A DNA stretch of 64,000 nt, taken from NCBI GenBank assembly GCA_963767925.1, contig CAVYGB010000001.1, positions 295,085 to 359,084 on the forward strand. Reading direction: 5' to 3'. The position numbers were made by a program, and so were the translations under genes. Below are positions 1-10,000 of the stretch, one piece after another (positions within the stretch are counted from its first letter, which is position 1; every line of letters starts with the position of its first letter). Below the pieces are notes generated by a model. That model was not told where the DNA came from, did not search any database, and saw only the letters and a program-made list of their open reading frames with translations. Source of the stretch: an uncultured delta proteobacterium (lineage in GTDB: Bacteria > Myxococcota_A > Polyangia > Fen-1088).

Positions 1-1
1 C

Positions 2-1327
2 CGCGCCTCCACCGGCGCGCTCGACAACCAGCCCCTCATCCTGGCCACCTTGCGCCTGCGGCGGGAAAAGGCCCGCCTGCTGGGGCTGGCCAGCTACGCC
101 GAGCTGAGCCTGCGGCGCAAGATGGCCCGCTCGGTCGCCGCGGTGGACGCCCTGCTGGGCGAGCTGCGCCGGGCCAGCCGCCGCCACGCCGAGAAGGAGC
201 ACGAGGAGCTGCGCGCCTTCGCCCGCGGCAAGACCGGCGACCCGAGCTTCGAGCTCGCTCTGTGGGACGTCGGCTTCTGGGCCGAGCGCCTGCGCGAGGA
301 GCGCTACGCCTTCCGGGAGGAGGAGCTGCGCCCCTACTTCCCCCTGCCGGCGGTGCTCGAGGGGCTGTTCGGGGTGGCCCGACGGCTGTTCGGCGTGGTG
401 ATCACCCCGGCCGACGGCAAGGCCCAGGTCTGGCACCCCGACGTTCGCTTCTTCGAGCTGGCCGACGAGGACGGCACCCCCCGGGCGGCGTTTTACCTCG
501 ACCCCTACAGCCGCCCGGCCGACAAGCGGGGCGGCGCCTGGATGGGCACCTGCCTCGACCGCAAGCGGCGGCCCGACGGCAGCCTGCGCCGCCCGGTGGC
601 CTACATGGTGTGCAACCAGGCCCCGCCGGTCGACGGCGCGCCCTCGCTGATGACCTTCCGCGAGGTCGAGACCCTGTTTCACGAGTTCGGGCACGCCCTG
701 CAGCACATGTTGACCGAGGTCGACGAGCCGGAGGCGGCCGGCATCAACAACGTCGAGTGGGACGCGGTCGAGCTGCCGAGCCAGTTCATGGAGAACTGGT
801 GTTACCACCGCCCGACGCTGCTCTCGTTCGCCCGCCACCACCAGACCGGGGCGCCGTTGCCGGCCGAGCTGTTCGACAAGATCGCCGCCGCCCGCACCTT
901 CCGGGCCGGCTCGCAGTTCCTGCGGCAGCTCCACCTCGCCACCCTCGACCTCGCCCTGCACGGCGGGTTCGATCCGGACAGGGACGACCTCGACGCGCTC
1001 CGGGCCCGGGTGGCGGCCGAGAACACCGTCTTGCCGCCGCTGCCCGAGGATCGTTTCCTGTGCAGCTTCTCGCACATCTTCGCCGGGGGCTACGCGGCCG
1101 GCTACTACAGCTACAAGTGGGCCGAGGTCCTGTCGGCCGACGCCTTCGCCGCCTTCGAGGAGGCGGGCCTGGACGACCCGGCCGCCCTGGCCGCCACTGG
1201 CCGCCGCTTCCGCCAGACGGTCCTCGCTTCGGGCGGCAGCCGCCACCCGACGGAGGTGTTCACCGAGTTCCGCGGCCGCGGGGTCCGCACCGACGCCCTC
1301 CTCCGCCACGCCGGCCTGTCCGGCTGA
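2..1327 (+). CDS. prlC: Oligopeptidase A / M3-family zinc metallopeptidase, 5'-truncated by the window edge
   Basis: The frame is open from base 2. It has the zinc motif HEFGH ([12 protein letters not shown]) plus the blocks '[18 protein letters not shown]' and '[15 protein letters not shown]' that are typical of M3A peptidases. Confidence 0.9.
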   Translation, partial: RASTGALDNQPLILATLRLRREKARLLGLASYAELSLRRKMARSVAAVDALLGELRRASRRHAEKEHEELRAFARGKTGDPSFELALWDVGFWAERLREERYAFREEELRPYFPLPAVLEGLFGVARRLFGVVITPADGKAQVWHPDVRFFELADEDGTPRAAFYLDPYSRPADKRGGAWMGTCLDRKRRPDGSLRRPVAYMVCNQAPPVDGAPSLMTFREVETLFHEFGHALQHMLTEVDEPEAAGINNVEWDAVELPSQFMENWCYHRPTLLSFARHHQTGAPLPAELFDKIAAARTFRAGSQFLRQLHLATLDLALHGGFDPDRDDLDALRARVAAENTVLPPLPEDRFLCSFSHIFAGGYAAGYYSYKWAEVLSADAFAAFEEAGLDDPAALAATGRRFRQTVLASGGSRHPTEVFTEFRGRGVRTDALLRHAGLSG

Positions 1328-1426
1328 CCGGCGCGCGGCGCGTTGGAGGGCGCGCGCACGCGGGCGACGAGGTGGGTGCCAGGGGGACCTTGACGACACC
1401 CCCTTGCCGGTCCCATCGTTGCCTAC

Positions 1427-1711
1427 ATGCGCGACCTCGCCCGGGTCTTCTTGAGCAAGCTGCGCGCACCCGTCCTGATGGCAGGCATCGTCCCGGTCTC
1501 GTTCGGCGCCAGCAGCGACGCCGTGCCGTTCGTGTTTCTGGGAAAGGTCTGGGGCGTTGCCATGGTGTTCTGGGGAGCCTGCCTGGTCCTCGTCGCGGCC
1601 GGCGCGCTCATCCGGCACCTGTCGACCGACTCGCCCGACGAGGTCGGGCGCCTCCACACCCGGATCCGCCGCTTCCGTTTCACCCGCCCGACTCCCGCGC
1701 CCCGACCCTGA
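1427..1711 (+). CDS. Small hypothetical membrane protein (two predicted TM helices)
   Basis: ATG-started 94-aa ORF with two hydrophobic stretches (VLMAGIVPVSFG; VWGVAMVFWGACLVLVAAGALI). No family was recognised. Confidence 0.3.
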   Translation: MRDLARVFLSKLRAPVLMAGIVPVSFGASSDAVPFVFLGKVWGVAMVFWGACLVLVAAGALIRHLSTDSPDEVGRLHTRIRRFRFTRPTPAPRP

Positions 1712-1792
1712 AGAAGTTCCCGGCATATCCCGCGGTGAATTCCGGGGTGACGGCGGGCCGCCGCTGAACGCGGCGGGGGTATAGTGCCGGGC

Positions 1793-2866
1793 ATGCGGTG
1801 GCCAGCGTGTGCCTGCGTGGCAGGCTTGCTCCTTGGTGGTGCTGCGGGCTGCGGGCCGCAGATGGTCGCGCCCGGCGGTCCGCCCGACGCCGCGCCCGTG
1901 GCAGGTGAACCGGACGCCAGCCCGGTCTCCTTCCCCGGCCTGATCCCGCCCGCGCCCGGTCCGACCAGCGGGGGAACCGGTCCGTCGATCGTCTGCCCCG
2001 GCACCGACACGGGCGAGCCGGCGAGCTGCGCCAGCATCGGGGTGGCGCTGGCTCCGCCCTTCGACACCCGCTACACCTGCTTCGACCTGGGACCGATCCC
2101 GGGCGTGACAACCACGAAATACGGCGGGCTCAGCCTCACCTCCGAGGCCTGCAGCTCGACGTTGCTGATCGGGGTGAACGCCAACGCGTCGACCGCCCTG
2201 CTGCACGCGGTGGACATCACCCGCGACAGCGGCGGGCACGTGAACGGCTTTCGCGGAATGGCCCGGCCGCTGATCGATGCCCCCTACCACGACGGCGGGG
2301 TGGCCTATGGACCGGGAGGCGTCCTGTTCATCACGCGCTGGCCGGTCAACGAGATCCAGCAGACCCTCCCGGGGAGCACGGTCGCCGACAAGGTCACGGC
2401 CCTGGCGCCGCTCGGGGTCGTCCGCTCGGCCTCCAGCCTGAACTTCGTGCCGCCGAGCATGCCCGGTGGGGGGGCGCTCAAGCTTGTCACCTACAGCACC
2501 GGCGACTGGTACACGCTGCTCCTCAGCCCGGATGGGCTCGGGACCTACGACATCGTGGGCGCCAAGCGGGAGCGCGCCTTGACCGGAGGGCCCGAGGGGT
2601 TCGTCTACGTCGCCGCGGGCAGCCCGCAGATCCCGGTCCACTCGCTGCTCGTGTCGGAGTGGTCGGCCCGGCGGATCAGCATCTACGAGACGGACCAGAA
2701 CGGGAACCCCCGGGTCGACACGCCCCGGGACTTCATCACCGGCCTCAACGGCGCCGAGGGCGCCTACCGCGATCCCACCACCGGCGACTTCTTCTTCTCG
2801 ACCTGGGGCCACGCCAGCGGGGACCGGGTGATCGTCGTCCGCGGCTTCGCCCCGATCATCGACTGA
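1793..2866 (+). CDS. Hypothetical lipoprotein
   Basis: Lipobox signal 'MRWPACACVAGLLLGGAAGC', then a Pro/Gly-rich linker and a globular domain. The ATG at 1793 lies inside a GTG-started track ORF (1784). Confidence 0.6.
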   Translation: MRWPACACVAGLLLGGAAGCGPQMVAPGGPPDAAPVAGEPDASPVSFPGLIPPAPGPTSGGTGPSIVCPGTDTGEPASCASIGVALAPPFDTRYTCFDLGPIPGVTTTKYGGLSLTSEACSSTLLIGVNANASTALLHAVDITRDSGGHVNGFRGMARPLIDAPYHDGGVAYGPGGVLFITRWPVNEIQQTLPGSTVADKVTALAPLGVVRSASSLNFVPPSMPGGGALKLVTYSTGDWYTLLLSPDGLGTYDIVGAKRERALTGGPEGFVYVAAGSPQIPVHSLLVSEWSARRISIYETDQNGNPRVDTPRDFITGLNGAEGAYRDPTTGDFFFSTWGHASGDRVIVVRGFAPIID

Positions 2867-2881
2867 CGCCCGGCCCGGCCG

Positions 2882-3607
2882 CTACCGGCACATGCTGGTG
2901 CTGCGGTAGACCAGCAGGGCGGCGGCGCAGAGCGGGTCGGTGGGGAGGACGGTGAGCTGCGCCTGGCAGGTGGCGCGGCCGGCGGCGGGGAGGCTGTCGC
3001 AGCAGCGCTGCAGGTCGGCGCAGGTGCCTTCCAGCCGGACGTCCGGGCGCGGGCCGTCGGGGGTGGGGGCGTCGGGCGGGGCGTCGGAGGCGGCGGCGTC
3101 CAGGCGGGCCGGGCCGACCACGACGCTGATCGTGTCGGGGCGGATCACGTCGGGGGGGGCGGCGTCGGGAGGGGGTTCGTAGCAGGCGGGGCGGACGCAG
3201 CCGCTGCTTGTCAGGCACTGGGCGACCGCCTGGCCGCAGGCCAGGCAGGCGAAGGACGGGATGCAGGCGGCGCGGCAGGTGAGGTCGGTGCAGCTACAGC
3301 GGGTCGTGCATTCGACCCAGCCCTCGCAGGGGCACAGCTTCAGCGCGGCCTCGCAGCGGTCGAGCAGGCAGCGGTTGTAGGTGGTGACCTCGCTCGGCGC
3401 ACAGGTGGCGCCGCCGGCGGGGCATTGCCAGCTCAGGCTCGCGCCGAAGCCGCCCGCCTCGATCGCATCGGCGGCGGGGGCGTCCGGGAGGGCGGCATCG
3501 CGGCCGCCCGCGTCGGCCGGGGCCACCGGCGCCGGGGCCTCGTCGCCCGAGCAGCCGAGCGCCGCGAGCCCAGCGGCGATGCCGAGAACCGGGACCAGCT
3601 TGCGCAT
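2882..3607 (-). CDS. Cysteine-rich secreted lipoprotein, unknown function
   Basis: The internal ATG at 3607 gives the lipoprotein signal 'MRKLVPVLGIAAGLAALGCS'. The mature part has more than 20 Cys in repeated C-x-C / C-x3-C spacing and Pro/Asp/Ala-rich linkers. Confidence 0.6.
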   Translation of the reverse strand: MRKLVPVLGIAAGLAALGCSGDEAPAPVAPADAGGRDAALPDAPAADAIEAGGFGASLSWQCPAGGATCAPSEVTTYNRCLLDRCEAALKLCPCEGWVECTTRCSCTDLTCRAACIPSFACLACGQAVAQCLTSSGCVRPACYEPPPDAAPPDVIRPDTISVVVGPARLDAAASDAPPDAPTPDGPRPDVRLEGTCADLQRCCDSLPAAGRATCQAQLTVLPTDPLCAAALLVYRSTSMCR

Positions 3608-3810
3608 CGATGTCGTGTCCTTTCCCGCCAGGAAGGGGGGCCGTTTGCGCCAGTCTTGGACGAGCGCGGCGGGGCTGGCAAGAGGCTTCCCCGCGGTCCG
3701 GTCAAACCTCGTGGCAGAGGACGATTTCGTCGGCCAAGGTTTCATGGACTTCTTTTCGCTCAGGCCCGATCATCTTCGTTCCGATACTCAAAAGGAGAGG
3801 CGGCGTTTAC

Positions 3811-3939
3811 ATGGGTGATAAATCTCCGAAGGCCAAGGACAAGGCCAAGAAGCAGGACAACGCAGACAAGAACCAGAAGCGCGCGGCGGCGGCGGCCAAG
3901 GCTGCTCCGCCGATCTCGGGGGCGAAAAAGGGACGCTGA
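3811..3939 (+). CDS. 42-aa lysine-rich small protein (MGDKSPKAKDKAKKQDNADKNQKR...)
   Basis: ATG at 3811 preceded by a strong SD-like 'AAAGGAGAGG' (about 3791-3800). The composition is atypical for a spurious high-GC frame. Confidence 0.4.
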   Translation: MGDKSPKAKDKAKKQDNADKNQKRAAAAAKAAPPISGAKKGR

Positions 3940-4005
3940 CGGGCGCCGCCAGGCGCCGGGCCGGCGGCTCCACGCCGCCCGCGCCCGCGCCGGCTGCGGC
4001 CGCGC

Positions 4006-7000
4006 TCAGGCTCCCTCGCCGCCGATCCGGACCTGGTGGGTCTGGCCGTCGTCCACGAGGGGGATGCGGCCGTCCGCGCGCCGGTGGCCATCTACAACCA
4101 CCGGCAGCGCCGCCCCGTCCGGGCGGGGGTGCACCGTGATCTGATAGGTGCTGCCGCCGTGGCGGTAGTCGATGCGGTAGTGGGACCAGGCGGCGGGGAC
4201 GCAGGGGCGCACCTCCAGGGTGTCCCCCCGCCGGGTCAGCCCCAGGATCTCCTCGAGCCCCACCCGGTACATCCAGCTCGCCGAGCCGGTGTACCAGGTC
4301 CAGCCGCCGCGGCCGACGTGGCCGGCGGCGTTGTACACGTCCGCCGCCACCACGTAGGGCTCCACCTTGTAGGTGGCGACCTCCTCGGGCGTGCGGGCGT
4401 GGGTCAGGGGGTTGAGCATCTGGTAAAGCTCGAAGGCCCGGTCGCGCTGGCCCAGGCGGGCGGTGGCGAGGACCGACCAGAGGGCGGCGTGGGTGTACTG
4501 GGCGCCGTTCTCCCGCACCCCCGGCAGGTAGCCCTTGATGTACCCGGGATCGTGGGTGGTCTTGTCGAAGGGCGGGTCGAGCAGGAGCAGCAGCCGGGCG
4601 TCCTCGCGCACCAGGTGCCGCTCGAAGGCGGCCATGGCCGTGACCTGGCGGGACTTCTCGCCGGCGCCCGAGATCACGCTCCAGCTCTGGGCGATGGCGT
4701 CGATGCGGCACTCGCTGGCGGTGGCGGTGCCGAGCGGTGAGCCGTCGTCGAAGAAGGCCCGCCGGTACCACTCGCCGTCCCAGGCGCTGGCCTCGATGGC
4801 CTCGCGGTAGGCCTTCGCCCGGGCGCGCAGGTCGGCGGCGACGCCGTCCCCGCCGCGCTCGTCCTTCGGGCGGGCGTCGACCTGCTCGGCGTAGGCCCGC
4901 AGGGTGGTCACGAGGAACCAGGCCACCCAGACGCTCTCGCCCCGCCCGGCCAGGCCCACCCGGTTCATCCCGTCGTTCCAGTCGCCGCTGCCCATGAGGG
5001 GGAGCCCGTGCTCCCCGGTGGTGCAGGCCCGGCGCAGCGCCCGCAGGCAGTGCTCGTGGACGGAGGCCTGCTCGTCGGCCACCTGGGGCAGGTCGTACAC
5101 CTCGTGCTCGTGTGGCTCGAGCGCGCGCATCGTGAGGAAGGGGACCGACTCGTCGAGCAGCGTGCGATCGCCGGTGACCCGCAGGTAGTGGTCGACGACG
5201 TAGGGCAGCCAGACCAGGTCGTCGGAGAACCGGGTGCGCACGCCGCGGCCGCTCTGGGGGTGCCACCAGTGCTGCACGTCCCCCTCGACGAACTGGCGCG
5301 CCGCCGCCCGCAGGATCTGGGTCCGGGCGATGGCCGGCTCGGCGTACAGCAGGGCCATGATGTCCTGGAGCTGGTCGCGAAAGCCGTAGGCCCCGCTGCT
5401 CTGGTACAGGGCCGAGCGGGCCCAGACCCGGCAGGACAGCGCCTGGTACAGCGTCCAGCGGTTGATCATCAGGTCGAACGACGGCTCGGGCGTGTGCACG
5501 GTGACAACCGAGAGCCGCCGTTGCCAGGCCGCCACGGTGGCCTCCACCGCCGCCTTGGCCGCCGCCACCCCGCGGTACGTGCGCGCCAGCCGGGTGGCCT
5601 CCTCGGTCCCCTCGCCGGCCCCCAGCAGCACCGCCAGCTCCCGGCTCTCGCCCGGCTGCAAGCTGATCGAGCAGCGCAGGGCCGCGCAAGGATCGAAGCC
5701 CGCCCCGGTGGTCCCGGCCAGCGCCGGCTGCTGCAGCCCGGCCGGATCGGCCAGCGAGCCGTTGCGCCCGAGGAACTCGTGGCGATCGCCGGTGTGCTCG
5801 CGGACCGCCTCGCTGAGGGTGTGGAACGCCACCTGATGGTCGAAGTCGGGCGAGAAGAAGTTGCGGGCGAACAGGGTCCCCAGGGCGCCGTCGAAGCGCG
5901 TCAGCACCTGGTGCTGGGTGTGCTCGCGCATGACCCCCAGGTTCCACTCGACGAAGGTCGTCACGGTCAGGCGGCGCGGCCGCCCCGACCGGTTGGTCAA
6001 GGTGAGCAGCGCGATCTTCACCGGGTCCTCCTCGGCCAGCCCCAGGGCCAGCCGGGAGCCGATGCCGGACCGTTCTTGCTCGAACGAGGAGAGCCCGGGC
6101 TCGTGGCGCACGGTGAAGGCCGCCTCCTTGCCGAGGGGGGCGGGCGTCGCGCTCCACAGCTCGTCGCTGTCCTCGTCGCGCAGGTAGATGACCTCGGTGG
6201 GCGGGTCGCTGACGGGATCGTTGTGCCAGGGTGTGAGCCGGTAAAAGTAGCTGCTCTCGGCCCAGGTGAAGCCGCCGCCCCGCTCGCTGACGACGAAGCC
6301 GGCGCGGGCGTTGGCGATGACGTTGACCCAGGGGGCGGGCGGCAGGCGGTCGCCGCGCACCGCGATCTGGTAGGCGCCGTCGGCGGTCACCCCGCCGAGC
6401 CCGTTGTCGAAGGCCAGCGCGCCGGCGGCGGCACCGACCGGATCACCCACCGGGGTGGGGTCGGCCGGGGCGGACGGCGCGGCGCTGCCCCGCATGGGGG
6501 TCGTGCGCACGAGGGGCACCCCTCGCAGCGGGGTCGGCACCACGTGCTGTCCCGATGCGGCCGCCGGCAGGCGCAGGGGGGCCTCCTCGAGCAGAGGGTC
6601 CTCCTGCCGCTCGAGGTCGGCACCCCGGGAGGCGCTGTCGAGGATGCGACCGAGGGGACGGCCGTCGCAGGGCACCACCACCCGGGCGGTGGCCCGCAAC
6701 ATGAGGAGGTCCTCGGGCTGGAGCAGATCCCGCTGCCGCAGGAACACCCCGCCGGGCTGGTCGGTCAGGCCAGCGTCGCCGGCGGCGAACCGGCTCTGCA
6801 TGATCCGCTCGTTGAGCTCCTGCAGGTAGGCCGAGGGGTGGTCGTTGATCACCACCAGATCGGCGGTCACCCCCCGCCGGCGCCAGTAGTGGTGGGCGGC
6901 GAAGAGCTGCTGCAAGGTGGGCAGCCCCTCGGGCGAGTCGATGGTGGCCAGCACGATGGGCCAGTCGCCCGAGATGCCGGCGCCCCAGAGCATCGGCTGC

Positions 7001-10000
7001 GAGCCGCGGTTGCGCAGCAGATCCGCCTGGGGCACGCGCAGGGCCGGGTTGGCGTAGAAGAGGTGGCCGGCCAGGTCCTGGAACACGGCCGCGTCGCGCG
7101 GGCTGATGCGCAGCTCGCCGAGCTCGATCTGGGAGGCGGTCCAGGCCAGATCGAGGGCCCGCTGGGCGGCGTGCAGATCGTCGTAGCGGTCGGCCAGCTC
7201 GAAGGCCCGCTCGCGGGTGGGGGCCACCAGGGTCGTGAAGGCGACCGACGCCGACTGGCCGGGCCGCAGCCGCAGGCGCGTGCGCAGGGCGAAGATGGGA
7301 TCCAGCACCGCCCCGGTGGTGTCGGACAGCGGCCCGTCCCCCTCGAGGGCCACCGGGTCGCGGGTCGTGCGCCCGCGGCCGATGAAGCGGGCCCGGTCGG
7401 TCTCGCAGCTCACCAGCCCCACCCGCTCGTCGCCGGTGGCCACCACGTGGACACACCACAGGGGCTTGTCCGTCTCGGAGCGGGGCCGGCGGGTGGCGGT
7501 CACCGCCGAGCACCAGTCGTGCCACTCGGTCTCGATGAACAGGTTGGCGAAGGCCGGGTGGGCCCGGTCGCTGTCGGGCGAGGCCAGCACGATCTCGCCG
7601 TAGCTGGTCAGCTCGATCTCCCGGGCCTTGCCGCCGTTGTTGGTGACGGTCACCCGCCGCACCTCGGCCGCGTCGGCCGGGACCGCCACCACCTCGGTGC
7701 GCGTCTCGATCTCGCCGTCCACCCGGCGGAAGGTCACCCGATCGGTGGCCAGCACCGTGCCGAACCAGTCGCCGGGGGCGCACACCGGCTGATGCGCCGC
7801 CGACCAGACCGCCCCGCTGGCCAGGTCCTTGAGGTAACAGAACTGCCCGGTCGCGTCGCGGGTGCCGTCCGCGCGCCAGCGGGTGACGGCCTGGTTCTCG
7901 TAGCGGCTGTAACCGCCGCCCCCCTGGCTGATCATGATCGTGTAGGGCACGTGGCCCAGCAGGGCGATGCGGGGGGTGGGCGTGAAGGGCGAGTCGACCG
8001 CGCGTTCGGCCGGGCGGTCGAGATCGGGATCGGGCAGGCCCTCCTCGGGGCGGGCCCGCTGCGGCTGGTTGAGGACGACCGCCCGAGGGATGCGCTCGTG
8101 CAGCAGCAGCTCGGCCGAGCGCACCAGCGGGTCGGCGTGAAAGCGGCGCTGCCACAGGTCTTCCTCGAGCAGGTTGGCCAGCGCCACCAGGCCCATGCCG
8201 ATGTGGTGGGCCATGTAGTTTTGCACGATGGCCTGGCGCTTTCCCGGCGCCGGGCGGGTGTAGTCGATGGCGTCCCGGAACCCGTAGGGGCCGAGGGCGC
8301 CCATCCGGTCGAGGGCCTGCAGGTTGGCCAGGGCCGGTCGGGGATGGACCATGGTGGCCAGCACCGCGGCGTAGGGCGCCACGACCAGGTCCCGGCCCAG
8401 CCCGCGCTTGAGGGCGAGATCCGGGACGCCGAAGGCCCGGTACTGGTAGGTGAAGTGGCGATCGCGCACGTTGTAGGCGCTCTCGCTGGTCCCCCAGGGC
8501 ACGCCGCGCTCGTCGCCGTAGCTGATCTGGCGGCGGACGGCGTTGCGGTGGGTCTGTTCGAGCAGGGTGAAGGGATAAGACCGCATCACCAGCACCGGCA
8601 TCAGGTACTCGAACATGCTCCCGCTCCAGGAGACCAGGGCGGTGCCGGCGGGAGCGTGGGTCAGGCTGCGCCCCAGGCGGAACCAGTGGTCGACCGGCAC
8701 GTCGCTCTTGGCGATGGCCACGAAGCTGGCCAGGCGCGCCTCGGAGGCCAGCAGGTCGTAGAACGATCCGTCGAGGGCGTGGCTGCTCTCCTGGTAGCCG
8801 ATGGCGAACAGCTTGCGCTCGCGGTCGTACAGGAAGGTAAAGTCCATGTCCATCGCCAGGCGATGGGCCCGATCGGCCAGGCTATGCAGGCGCTCGACCA
8901 GGGCGGCGGCGGCGGGCGCGCCGGCCGCCAGCTCGCGCCAGGAGGGTCCCACGCTGGCCGGGCCGGGCTCGCCCCCCAGATCCCGGAGCTGGGCGCTCTG
9001 GCTGGCGATCAGCGCGAGCGACAGGTCGATCCACTCGCTGACCGGCCCGGCGGGCCGGCCCCGCAGGGCGGCGCGCGCCCGGTCCATGTGCTGCTCGACC
9101 GCGGGGAGGAAGGTGCCCGGGCTGCCCGGCCGGGCCTCGCGGGCGACGAGGGCGGCCTGGGCGAAGCGCACCTGCCCGGCGGCCACCCGGAGCGCGGCGG
9201 CGTCGGGATCGGCGGACTGGCCCGCGACGAGCCGCTCGATCGACATGCCGAGGGCGGCGACCAGGCCGCGCCACACCCGCTCGTCGGCGGCGGGCTCGTC
9301 GACGATCTGCAGGCAGGCCTGGCGCAGGGCGATCAGGTGGCCGGCCAGGTTGCCGCTGTCGACGGTGGAGATGTAGGCCGGCTCCAGCACGCGCAGGTCG
9401 TGCAGGTCGTACCAGTTGTAGAAGTGGCCCCGGAACTTGCGCAGCCGGTCCAGGGTGGCGAAGGCCTGCTCGAGGCGGTCGACCATGACCGCGGTGCTGA
9501 TGAAGCCGAGCTTCTGGGCGCTGGCGGTGGCCAGGAGCGCCAGGCCCACGTTGGTGGGCGAGGTGCGCATCGCCAGCACGGGGGCCGGGTCGTCCTGGTA
9601 GTTGTCGGGGGGCAGCCAGCTGGTCTCGGCCCCCACGAAGCGGTCGAAGAAGCGCCAGTGCAACAGCGCGTACCGGGTGGCCTGGGCCCGGCTGGCCAGG
9701 CCCAGCCGCCGGCGCGGCGGCAACATCGGCGATCCGAGGTCGTGGGCCAGGGCCGGCGACAGGCCCCAGAGCAGGGCGAAAGGCAGGGCCACCGGGAGGA
9801 TCTCACCCAGCCGGTGGGCCGACGTCCCCTCGAGCAGCACGCCCCCCGCCACCGCCGCCGCCATGGCCAGCACCAGCAGCAGGCCCGGGCGCATGAGGCC
9901 CCAGACCTCCGCCGCCGTACCCCGGGCGGCGCCCTCGACCTGGCGGGCCGCCTGCCAGTCGAGCAGCCGCCGCCGGCTGACGAACAGCCGCCACCAGGTG

